From Candidatus Lindowbacteria bacterium RIFCSPLOWO2_12_FULL_62_27 (GTDB taxonomy: Bacteria > Lindowbacteria > 2-12-FULL-62-27), in the NCBI GenBank assembly GCA_001784175.1, contig MFPR01000004.1, forward strand, positions 372,001 to 436,000: 64,000 bases of DNA. The letters run 5' to 3'. The position numbers were made by a program, and so were the translations under genes. The notes under the pieces are model-generated. The model was not told the origin of the DNA, did no database searches, and saw only the letters and a list, made by a program, of their open reading frames with translations. This document shows, one piece after another, positions 1-7,985 of this stretch; positions within the stretch are counted from its first letter, which is position 1, and every line of letters starts with the position of its first letter.

Positions 1-734
1 ACACAATGAGAGACACGGTCGAAAGCATCGATGTCGGCACCGACAAAAAGGGGGGCAGCATCGAAAGGATTTACTCCAAAAGTTTCCGGGATTTTTTTAG
101 CCGGACCTTTAAGTCCCTCGGAATCAAGATGGCAATGAATGAAATCCCGAAACTCAAGAGTCAATGGTTGAATGAAAGGCGGGCTGCTTGGATGAAGAAG
201 AATCCGGCAACGCCTGTGCCGAACCAGCGGGAACGTGCGTGGGAAGCATCATTTCCAAGACGTCTACAATTCGATATGGGCTATGGCGAAGACGTTGCGG
301 AGGTCAACCCCAAGAATGGCCCGTCGAGATTTGTTCGCGCCCAGCCTGTCAACGATCGGATTGAAGTTTGGACGAACGACGTCAGACAGGCGCAGATTCG
401 TACTGTGAAGAATCGGATTCTGTTTCGGCACATCCAGGACAATTCACCGCAGGGACGGACTCTTGAAAGAATTTTCCGGAGAAACGACATGATTCAGTTG
501 GATGCGGTTCAAAAAAGGGGGAGAAAAGGAATAACTGGAAAAAGTTACGAGGCCGGTGAATATATGGTCGTTAAAATCGAGAAAGGCGGAAAATTTACGG
601 CCGTTCCGGCGCACAGGGGGAAAGGCAGAGAAAATCAGCGCCAAGTTTCGCAGCGTGAAATCGCCAAACTGTGCGGGGTTTCGCTTTCTCCGAAAAGGCG
701 GAAGCCATCCCGCTCAACGAGCGAAAGCGGTTGA
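1..734 (+). CDS. cas9: C-terminal fragment (WED + PAM-interacting-like region) of a probable Cas9, type II-C-like; 5' end lies outside the window
   Basis: Frame is open from the window edge. Motif order matches the II-C Cas9 C-terminus as I recall it for NmeCas9: TMRDTVES (~HMETVKS), PRRLQF (~VKAVRV), NDRIEVW (~MVRVDVF), IFRRNDMIQL (~SLHPNDLVEV), then a basic tail. It lies upstream of cas1-cas2-cas4 and an array. RuvC/HNH are not visible. Confidence 0.7.
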   Translation, partial: TMRDTVESIDVGTDKKGGSIERIYSKSFRDFFSRTFKSLGIKMAMNEIPKLKSQWLNERRAAWMKKNPATPVPNQRERAWEASFPRRLQFDMGYGEDVAEVNPKNGPSRFVRAQPVNDRIEVWTNDVRQAQIRTVKNRILFRHIQDNSPQGRTLERIFRRNDMIQLDAVQKRGRKGITGKSYEAGEYMVVKIEKGGKFTAVPAHRGKGRENQRQVSQREIAKLCGVSLSPKRRKPSRSTSESG

Positions 735-785
735 CAAACTTGTTTTTCAACCGTCGGATCCGAACGACGCGCGGCACCCATCAAG

Positions 786-814
786 TTGACATCCCCGGCG
801 TCCGTACGGATACT
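786..814 (+). promoter_or_regulatory. sigma70-like promoter upstream of the DUF4160/DUF2442 pair
   Basis: TTGACA (786-791), 17 nt, GATACT (809-814). Confidence 0.6.
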
Positions 815-907
815 CAATTATCAGTTCAGACATACTCCCCGTCTTCCCATCGGGTCCTTCAGGATAGCCGAGACCAGGATGCCGGGTAGATTCTTTTTGG
901 AGGTCGG

Positions 908-1144
908 ATGCCGACGGTCTTAAGAAAGGGGCCGTATCGTTTTTTCTTTTTTGCCGGTGATCGCGGCGAGCCGCCGCACGTTCACGTTGAGCGTGACAAC
1001 AAGGTCGCCAAGTTTTGGCTGGAACCGGTTCGGTTGTGCGGGAGCGGGGGATTCTCACGGGCTGAAATTCGCCGGATACTCAAGTTGGTGTTCGCTTATG
1101 CGAGTGAATTGAAGGAGGCGTGGCATGCGTACTTCAACGGTTAG
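908..1144 (+). CDS. DUF4160 family protein (putative toxin of a DUF4160/DUF2442 TA pair)
   Basis: MPTVLR..PYRFFF..D..EPPHVHV...AKFWL family signature; GGAGG RBS. Confidence 0.85.
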   Translation: MPTVLRKGPYRFFFFAGDRGEPPHVHVERDNKVAKFWLEPVRLCGSGGFSRAEIRRILKLVFAYASELKEAWHAYFNG

Positions 1145-1454
1145 GACGGAAACGCCGCTTGCGGAAGACGTGACGCTGACGGCCGACACGATCCATGTCG
1201 ATTTGAGCGACGGCAGAACCATCTCCGCGCCGCTGGCGTGGTTTCCGAGGCTTCTAAACGCGTCGCAAAAGGAAAGAGACAACTGGCGGCTGATCGGCAA
1301 GGGACAGGGCCTGCATTGGGAAGACATCGACGAGGATATCAGCGTTGGGAATCTCCTGATGGGTCAGGCATCCGGCGAAAGTCAGCAGTCTTTCGAGAAG
1401 TGGCTCTCGGCAAGGAAACCCCGCCGTTCAACCTCACACGGACAGCGACGCTGA
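1125..1454 (+). CDS. DUF2442 family protein (putative antitoxin)
   Basis: V.LSDGR.IS.PLAWFPRL...G.GLHW.DIDEDIS signature; overlaps the DUF4160 gene. Confidence 0.85.
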   Translation: MRTSTVRTETPLAEDVTLTADTIHVDLSDGRTISAPLAWFPRLLNASQKERDNWRLIGKGQGLHWEDIDEDISVGNLLMGQASGESQQSFEKWLSARKPRRSTSHGQRR

Positions 1455-1473
1455 ATACAAAAAAGTGAATATC

Positions 1474-1502
1474 TTGAAATCCCGTCAACCGGACGGTAAA
1501 CT
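1474..1502 (+). promoter_or_regulatory. sigma70-like promoter for wHTH-TIR-cas1-cas2-cas4
   Basis: TTGAAA (1474-1479), 17 nt, TAAACT (1497-1502); GGAGG RBS before ATG 1550. Confidence 0.55.
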
Positions 1503-1549
1503 CGAGTCGTGAAAAGAAAACGATTCCGCTCGACATCGGAGGTGGCCGT

Positions 1550-1834
1550 ATGAAAAAGGAAATGACGGTTGAAATTCCGTTCGGGGACGAAGGATATTCC
1601 GTTTTGAGCCACTTGAGAAATCTTTTCGTCCATCCGCTGGGCGAAGGCATGCCTCATAACGACCTTTCACTTTCCACAACTACCGGCATTCGAATTCCGC
1701 GGCTACGGAAGATTCTGGCAGTGTTTGAAAAAAGTGGATTTGTCAGTATCGAGCGGTCAGGGAACTACCGATGGTTTATATGGATTGAGGGGGAGGGCCT
1801 TCAAGTGTGTGAGAAAATGATGAAGGCGGGATAG
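1550..1834 (+). CDS. small winged helix-turn-helix protein
   Basis: LS..TGI...RLRKIL..FEKSGFVS.ER pattern typical of wHTH; good RBS. Confidence 0.55.
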   Translation: MKKEMTVEIPFGDEGYSVLSHLRNLFVHPLGEGMPHNDLSLSTTTGIRIPRLRKILAVFEKSGFVSIERSGNYRWFIWIEGEGLQVCEKMMKAG

Positions 1835-1845
1835 GCGGAACGAAG

Positions 1846-2292
1846 TTGGTAAAGACTGTTTTTATCGCGCACGACTATTATGAAATAGGGGGCCGAAAAA
1901 GGAAGTACCGGCGTCTTATATCAACAGCCCTCAAACATACCGGCTTTCGTCCCACCTATGCCGATCACGCCATCCAAAACGTTTCAATATTGAAGGAAAT
2001 CATTCGGAAAATTAGAAACGCCTCTTTCTGCATTTTGGACATCACAGGCCGCAAAAAAAGTACGGCGCTGAATCTGAACGTTCTTCTGGAACTCGGGATG
2101 GCCTATGGCGCCGGCAGGCCGGCCTTTCTGATCTACGAAGAGCGGAGTGTCCATCCATCCCTCATCAAGGAGATTTCCGACCTGGGAAATGAATTGCACT
2201 TTCCCTACCGCGGCCTTAACGCACTTCCGATTCTAATCAGAAAAACCATTCTCGACGTTGTAAGGAGAAGCCGTCCCCGAAAGGGGCGTTGA
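1846..2292 (+). CDS. TIR-like / nucleoside 2-deoxyribosyltransferase-like domain protein
   Basis: VFIAH...AD...I..I..ASFCILDIT...N.NVLLELGMAYG.GRP..LI...SDL motif with the conserved Glu (ELG); TTG start. Confidence 0.7.
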   Translation: MVKTVFIAHDYYEIGGRKRKYRRLISTALKHTGFRPTYADHAIQNVSILKEIIRKIRNASFCILDITGRKKSTALNLNVLLELGMAYGAGRPAFLIYEERSVHPSLIKEISDLGNELHFPYRGLNALPILIRKTILDVVRRSRPRKGR

Positions 2293-2308
2293 CGACAAGC
2301 CGCCCCTG

Positions 2309-3487
2309 ATGCCCTTCTCCGACGCTCATCGCATCGAACCTCCCCCGCAGCAGATCAATTTGCTGACCGGCGAACCGGAAATGCCGTCCGCGCGGGTCGA
2401 ACATTTGCCGGTGGACGACGTCCCTTACACGCTGGAGGACGGCATCACGGTGGTGCAAAGCCCGTCGGGACTGACGGCGTCCATTTCGGGCAACGGCTGT
2501 CATGTCGGCAAACGAAGCGAGCGGCTGGTCATACGGAAGAAAGACGGCCGGGCGGTGTGGCAGATTCCGATGGCGCGCCTGCACGAAATCATCCTCGACG
2601 CGCGAGGCCTGTCGATCACGACCGATCTTCTGACGGCGCTGGCCGAACGGGGGATCCGCACCAGCATCATCGCGTTCAACGGCAAGCCGGTGGCGGAGAT
2701 CGCTTCGCCGCTTCTGACGGCCGTGGTCGAAACGCGCAAGGCGCAATTCGAGGCGCTGACCAACGGACGGGGACTGCGGCTCGCCAAGGCTGTTGTCGCC
2801 GGAAAAATCCGGAACCAACTGCGGCTTCTGAAATATTTCGGAAAATATATTTCCACTTCCCAGCCTGACCTGTTTTCCTCCCTGCAGGAGGACATCTCCG
2901 CAATGGATGACGCGCGGAGGGGGATAGAACAGGTCGCGGAAACCTCGCTCGACGAAACCCGCGCACAACTGATGGGCATCGAGGGACAGGCCGGGCAGAG
3001 GTATTGGTCCGCCGTCGGCCGGATCATCGGCGGGCGCGTACCGTTTCCGGGACGCACGCATCGCGGCGCATCGGATCCCGTCAACGTCATGCTGAATTTC
3101 GGATACGGCGTTTTGTATTCGCAAGTTTGGGGCGCGGTACATTTCGCGGGGCTGGAACCGTTCGCCGGATTTCTTCACACCGACCGGGCCGGCAAGCCCA
3201 GCCTCGTTTTCGACATGGTCGAGGAATTTCGCGCGCCGGTGGTCGACCGGACGGTCATTTCTATGGCGCAACTCGGCCAGGTGCGTGCGCTCAGGACGCC
3301 GGGAATGCTGGACGGCGATCTGAAAACGGAATTCCTGTCGAAACTCTTGGAACGCATCGACGGGACGGAATCCTTCGACGGCGGGAAATACAGAATTCGT
3401 TCGATTATTCAAAAACAATGCCGGCTGGCGGCGTCCTTCATTCGAGGCTCGATCGAGGAATATCGGCCGTTCCGGTTCAAGTGGTAG
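2309..3487 (+). CDS. cas1: CRISPR-associated endonuclease Cas1
   Basis: GKIRNQ, LMGIEG.A...YW, DPVN.MLNFGY, GL.P..GFLH, LVFDMVEEFR..VVDR. Confidence 0.97.
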   Translation: MPFSDAHRIEPPPQQINLLTGEPEMPSARVEHLPVDDVPYTLEDGITVVQSPSGLTASISGNGCHVGKRSERLVIRKKDGRAVWQIPMARLHEIILDARGLSITTDLLTALAERGIRTSIIAFNGKPVAEIASPLLTAVVETRKAQFEALTNGRGLRLAKAVVAGKIRNQLRLLKYFGKYISTSQPDLFSSLQEDISAMDDARRGIEQVAETSLDETRAQLMGIEGQAGQRYWSAVGRIIGGRVPFPGRTHRGASDPVNVMLNFGYGVLYSQVWGAVHFAGLEPFAGFLHTDRAGKPSLVFDMVEEFRAPVVDRTVISMAQLGQVRALRTPGMLDGDLKTEFLSKLLERIDGTESFDGGKYRIRSIIQKQCRLAASFIRGSIEEYRPFRFKW

Positions 3488-3491
3488 AACG

Positions 3492-3827
3492 ATGGCCGAC
3501 ATGCGCTGTCTCGTCGTCTATGACATCGAGGAGGACAAAGCGCGGACGAAAATCAGCGAGGCGTGCCTGGATTTTGGGCTGGAGAGAATTCAGATGAGCG
3601 CGTTTTGGGGACTCCTGTCGCGTACGCGCCAGCGCGAGCTCTATCACCGGATCAAGCGGCTTCTGGGGGATGGGTACGGGCGTTTCTTCATTCAGCCCAT
3701 TTGCGCGCACGACGAGGACACACGATTCATTCACGAACAGGGCGACCCCGGCGACCGGACGCTCCTGCGGTCGCTCATTGAGGAACAAAAGACGCGGGAT
3801 CAGGCGCGCGTCCTGAAATTCGAATGA
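3492..3827 (+). CDS. cas2: CRISPR-associated Cas2
   Basis: LVVYDI..DK.R.KI...C.DFGLERIQ.SAF; follows cas1. Confidence 0.95.
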   Translation: MADMRCLVVYDIEEDKARTKISEACLDFGLERIQMSAFWGLLSRTRQRELYHRIKRLLGDGYGRFFIQPICAHDEDTRFIHEQGDPGDRTLLRSLIEEQKTRDQARVLKFE

Positions 3828-4414
3828 CGCCGGCCGCTTCGGACATCGTCACGGTCAGCGATTTGAAACAGTTCGCCTTTTGCCCGCGCATCCCCTATTT
3901 TTCCAGAGTCATGCCGATCCGGCCTCCGGCCACGGAGCTGATGGAACGAGGTCAGCGGTTGGAGGAGGAATTTCGGCGGCTGGAGGTGCGGCGAAGCTTG
4001 GGCCGATACGGATGGGACCGGGCAACAAGACATTTCAGCGTATACGCGATGAGTGAATCATGCGGCATCGCCGGTCGGATCGATCTGGCGCTCGAACGCG
4101 ATGACGCCGTTGCCATCGTTGACGTGAAGGCGAGCGGGGGATTTGTCGGAGACAATCACCGGATGCAGGCGGCGGCGTATCAGGTATTGGCCGGCGAGCA
4201 TTTCGGCAAACCCTGTATTGGCGCGTTCATGTATTTTCTGGATCGCCGATGTGTGGAACGTCTGGAGCCGGACGCCGCATGGAACGAACGACTCCGGCGA
4301 GCAATAGACACCATTCGGGCCATGTCAACAACCCACGATTTCCCGCCCGCAACGGCACATCGCAAAGCCTGCGAGCAATGCGAATATCGCAATTTCTGCG
4401 GCGATGTATTCTGA
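3824..4414 (+). CDS. cas4: CRISPR-associated exonuclease Cas4
   Basis: N-terminal Cys (FCPR), GRID, VDVK, Q..AY, C-terminal C..C.Y...C Fe-S ligands. Confidence 0.95.
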   Translation: MTPAASDIVTVSDLKQFAFCPRIPYFSRVMPIRPPATELMERGQRLEEEFRRLEVRRSLGRYGWDRATRHFSVYAMSESCGIAGRIDLALERDDAVAIVDVKASGGFVGDNHRMQAAAYQVLAGEHFGKPCIGAFMYFLDRRCVERLEPDAAWNERLRRAIDTIRAMSTTHDFPPATAHRKACEQCEYRNFCGDVF

Positions 4415-4515
4415 TTTCGCAAATATCCCGGCAAATTTCGCAAGCTTGACGCTTGCGAAATGTGCCTCACTCATTCCGAACCCAACTCACACAGCTTCAT
4501 AACTGCGGAGCGGGA
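4415..4515. promoter_or_regulatory. CRISPR leader-like region with an 11-bp inverted repeat (4435-4445 / 4451-4461)
   Basis: Non-coding stretch between cas4 and the first repeat; ATTTCGCAAGC...GCTTGCGAAAT. Confidence 0.6.
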
Positions 4516-4769
4516 ATTGTAGTCCCGCTCAAAAAAAATTCAAGGGTGAAAGCAGATACTCGTCTCACAGAAGTCTCTGACAAATTTATTGTAGTCCCGC
4601 TCAAAAAAAATTCAAGGGTGAAAGCCATGGCCGCTCTCGCAAGCGGCGGGGGCCGCGGATTGTAGTCCCGCTCAAAAAAAATTCAAGGGTGAAAGTCACA
4701 ACATCCGTATGCGCTTGAATCCACTCTTTGATATTGTAGTCCCGCTCAAAAAAAATTCAAGGGTGAAAG
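4516..4769. CRISPR. CRISPR array: 4 identical 37-bp repeats ATTGTAGTCCCGCTCAAAAAAAATTCAAGGGTGAAAG and 3 spacers (35, 34, 37 bp)
   Basis: Repeats at 4516-4552, 4588-4624, 4659-4695, 4733-4769 with unique spacers; adjacent to cas genes. Confidence 0.98.
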
Positions 4770-4789
4770 ACGGGGGAACGGCGGATGGA

Positions 4790-4827
4790 CCCCCCTTTAT
4801 CCCCCCTTGTAAAGGGGGGAAAGAGGG
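4790..4827. repeat. REP-like palindrome / possible terminator between the array and the lysC 3' end
   Basis: TCCCCCCTT-GTA-AAGGGGGGA hairpin (4800-4820) with imperfect outer arms. Confidence 0.6.
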
Positions 4828-4840
4828 CGGTTATCCCCGG

Positions 4841-6112
4841 TCAGGCGCCGGCGGCGACGGGGGCTTGCCGGCCGAGTTCGAACGCGGCGTGGAGCCGGCG
4901 GACGGCCTCGTCGGCCTTGGACCGGCTGATGATGCAACTGACCTTGATTTCGCTGGTCGAGATCATCTCGATGTTGACGCCGGCCGCGGCCAGGGACTTG
5001 AACATCTTTGCGGCCACACCGGCATGGGACCGCATGCCGACGCCGACGATCGAGACTTTGGCCACGTCGTCCGAAAAGACAATGCTGCCGCCGCTCAGGT
5101 CTTTCAGCACCGGTTTCAGCCGCTCCACCGCGCGTTTAAGATCGGTGGAGGCGACGGTGAAGGCGATGTCGTTCTTGCCGATCTCGTGTTCCGACGAGGA
5201 CTGGACGATCATGTCGACGTTGATGTTGGATTCGGCCAGGCCGCCGAAGAGTTTCGCGGCGACGCCGGGGACGTCCGGCAGGTCAATGGCGGTGATCCGC
5301 GCCTGGTCCTTGTCGGCGGCCACGGCGCGGACAATGGGTCGTTCCATCATGGGTGTTTCTTCCTCCTCGATGATCCAACTGCCGGCGTTCCCGTTGAGGC
5401 TGGACCGCACGTGCAGGGGAATGTTGTATTTTTTGGCGAACTCGATCGACCGGTTCATCATGACCTTGGCGCCGAGCGAGGCCAGCTCGAGCATTTCGTC
5501 GAAATAAATCCGCTCGATCTTCCGCGCTTCCGGCACCACCCGCGGGTCGGCGGTGTAGATGCCGTCCACGTCCGTGTAGACCTCGCACACGTCCGCCTTG
5601 AGCGCGACCGCGAGGGCGACGGCCGTGGTGTCGGAACCGCCGCGGCCGAGGGTGGTGATGTCGTTGGAGGCGTCGAGCCCCTGGAATCCGGCGCAGACGG
5701 CGATGTTGCCGTTGGTGATTTCCTTCTGGAGCCGGGTGCCGTCGATTTCGACGATCCGCGCCTTGGTGTGGACGCTGTCGGTCCGGATGCCCAGTTGCGG
5801 CGCGAAAAACGCGGCGGCCTTCTCGCCTTCCGCCTGGATCGCCATTGCCAGAAGCGCGCTCGATATCTGTTCGCCGGCGCTCATGAGCAAATCCATCTCG
5901 CGGTCCGGCGGGTCCGCGTTGATTTTTTTTGAGAGATCGATCAGGTCGTCCGTCGTGTCGCCCATCGCCGACACCACCACCACGCAGCGGTTCCCCTCGC
6001 GCTTCTTGTCGATGATCCGCCGCGCCACGTTCTTCATCCGGTCGGGATTGGCGACCGAACTGCCGCCGAACTTCATGACGACGAGCGGCCGATGTTCTCG
6101 GTCGCCGGACAC
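4841..6112 (-). CDS. lysC: aspartate kinase
   Basis: VMKFGGSSV, VVSAMGDTTD, TLGRGGSDTTAV, ACT domains; GTG start inferred. Confidence 0.95.
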   Translation of the reverse strand: MSGDREHRPLVVMKFGGSSVANPDRMKNVARRIIDKKREGNRCVVVVSAMGDTTDDLIDLSKKINADPPDREMDLLMSAGEQISSALLAMAIQAEGEKAAAFFAPQLGIRTDSVHTKARIVEIDGTRLQKEITNGNIAVCAGFQGLDASNDITTLGRGGSDTTAVALAVALKADVCEVYTDVDGIYTADPRVVPEARKIERIYFDEMLELASLGAKVMMNRSIEFAKKYNIPLHVRSSLNGNAGSWIIEEEETPMMERPIVRAVAADKDQARITAIDLPDVPGVAAKLFGGLAESNINVDMIVQSSSEHEIGKNDIAFTVASTDLKRAVERLKPVLKDLSGGSIVFSDDVAKVSIVGVGMRSHAGVAAKMFKSLAAAGVNIEMISTSEIKVSCIISRSKADEAVRRLHAAFELGRQAPVAAGA

Positions 6113-6114
6113 GG

Positions 6115-7344
6115 CTAGAGGGCCTCCCGGGAATGGATGAATTTCTCCCGCAGGATCGTATGCGCCATGATCGGCCGCGCCGACCGGGCGGCCAGGCGCT
6201 CGGTGAATCGCGGCATGCCCCGCGTCAAAGGATGCTTCGAATCCCAGATCACATACGGCACCGGGTCGCTCGTGTGCGTGCCGATCGAACACGGGGTCGG
6301 ATGGTCCGGCATGGCGAGCACCCGGACGCGGTCGGGCCACCGGGACACTTCGGCCAGAATCGGCGCCACGATCTTGTGGTCGATCACTTCGATCATCTTT
6401 TTCTTCATGGCCGCGTTCCGGTCGTGACCCGCCTCGTCCGGCGCCTCGATGTGAAGGTACACCATCTCCTTCTGTTTCAGCTCCCGCAGCGCCGCCGTCC
6501 GCTTCTCGTCAAAGTCCGTGTCGTAATAGCCGGTGGCCCGCTTCAGGTTCACAACCGTCAGACCCACCAGCTTGCCCAGGCCGCGCACGAGGTCCACGCC
6601 GGAAACGACCGCGCCCGATACCCCGAACCGCTCGCGCAGCGTCGGAAGGCGCTTGCCCTCGCCCTGCGCCCACAGCCACATCATGTTCGCGGGACGCTTC
6701 CGGCCGCGGTTGAACGGATGCGCCTCCAGAACCTTTTGGGTTTTCATCATGATCTCCACATGCGGCAGGCTCGCGTACGGCTTCAGATGCTGCTGCACGT
6801 CCGAGCCGACCAGATCGTGCGGGCCGTCGAGATGCACCGACAGAAGCCGCGCCCGAAACGGCGCCGGCGCGCGCCAAGCCAGGGTGTGGCGGTAGCTCAC
6901 CCCGGTGTAGAGCCGCGCCTGGCTGCCCTCCAGCGATCCGTTCAGAACCTCGCGATTGACGACGGCAAGAAGCTTCTGGGCCTCTCGCGTTCCGATGTGG
7001 CCGGCGCAGTGGTCGACGATGAGGCCGTTCTTGACCGTGATGAAATTCGCGCGGAAATACAGCGTGTCGGGGCGCGCCGGAAGGCCGATCGACGCGGCCT
7101 CGATGGAGCCGCGCTGAAGCGGATACCGCGCGGGATCAAGTCCGAGAATCGACAGGTTCGCCGCGTCGCTGCCGGGCGTCACGCCCTTGGGAACGGTCCG
7201 GGCAAGGCCGACCGCCCCCTCGCGGGCCAGCCGGTCGAATCCGGGCGTCCGCGCAGCTTCAAGGGGAGTCTTGTTTCCGAGCGAGGGGACCGGTCGGTCC
7301 GCCATGCCGTCTGGAACAATAATCAGATACTTGGTCTTCAACAA
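6115..7344 (-). CDS. apgM: cofactor-independent phosphoglycerate mutase (ApgM family)
   Basis: DGMAD.P...LG.KTPLEAA.TP, GSD.ANLS, HIEAPDEAGH, DHPTP. Confidence 0.85.
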   Translation of the reverse strand: MLKTKYLIIVPDGMADRPVPSLGNKTPLEAARTPGFDRLAREGAVGLARTVPKGVTPGSDAANLSILGLDPARYPLQRGSIEAASIGLPARPDTLYFRANFITVKNGLIVDHCAGHIGTREAQKLLAVVNREVLNGSLEGSQARLYTGVSYRHTLAWRAPAPFRARLLSVHLDGPHDLVGSDVQQHLKPYASLPHVEIMMKTQKVLEAHPFNRGRKRPANMMWLWAQGEGKRLPTLRERFGVSGAVVSGVDLVRGLGKLVGLTVVNLKRATGYYDTDFDEKRTAALRELKQKEMVYLHIEAPDEAGHDRNAAMKKKMIEVIDHKIVAPILAEVSRWPDRVRVLAMPDHPTPCSIGTHTSDPVPYVIWDSKHPLTRGMPRFTERLAARSARPIMAHTILREKFIHSREAL

Positions 7345-7481
7345 CCACCCGCCTCACTGTAAACTGGCGCAGTGTATCATTGAGGGAGAAACAAATGCAA
7401 GGTCGCTGATAAAGCTGATACACTGGAAGAAGACGAATGGGGGTGGCGACGCCCTCTCAATATCTTGAAGGAGGAACGGAC

Positions 7482-7985
7482 ATGACTCGATGGCTGGCTT
7501 TGACCGTATGCGCGTGTCTCCTGGCGGTCGGCGTGCCGGCATTCGCCGGCGAGAAGGGTGAAGGAGGCAAAGGAGAGCACAAGGAGAAACACCACAAGGG
7601 CAAGATGGGCCTGACGGAGGAGCAGAAAGAAAAATTGAAATCGATCCAGGAGGAGCGCAAGGCCCTGATGAAGGAGAACCGCGAGAAGATGCGCGAGATC
7701 GGGCAGCGGTTGCGCGAGACGCTAAAAGCGGAAAAGCCGGACGATGCGGCGATCAAGAAAATCATCGCGGACATCAAGTCCCTCCGGGCCGACCGGCAGC
7801 GCAAGATGGACGCGCTGGAGACGAAAATGGAGGCGATCCTGACCCCGGCCCAGATGGCCCGGATGCTTATCAAAATGGGCGAGCGCGGCGGCGAGAAGGG
7901 CTGGAAAGACCGCGGGGACGGAGATCGCGGCGAACGCGGAGGCGGGCGCGGAAAACACAAACGCGAAGACCGGGCCGACGATTAA
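7482..7985 (+). CDS. Spy/CpxP-like periplasmic protein
   Basis: Signal peptide; LTEEQ and LTPAQ motifs; AAGGAGG RBS. Confidence 0.75.
   Translation: MTRWLALTVCACLLAVGVPAFAGEKGEGGKGEHKEKHHKGKMGLTEEQKEKLKSIQEERKALMKENREKMREIGQRLRETLKAEKPDDAAIKKIIADIKSLRADRQRKMDALETKMEAILTPAQMARMLIKMGERGGEKGWKDRGDGDRGERGGGRGKHKREDRADD

Noticed and set aside
735-907. tracrRNA directly downstream of cas9
   Set aside because: Only short, mismatched similarity to the repeat (e.g. CACCCATCAA vs CACCCTTGAA). The region is better explained as the TA promoter and leader.
4553-4732. Self-targeting spacers
   Set aside because: No match to the three spacers noticed in this window by eye. A BLASTN against the genome and phage databases is needed.
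4453-5932. ORFs 4453-4665 and 4709-5932 (+)
   Set aside because: They are translations of CRISPR repeats and the antisense shadow of lysC.
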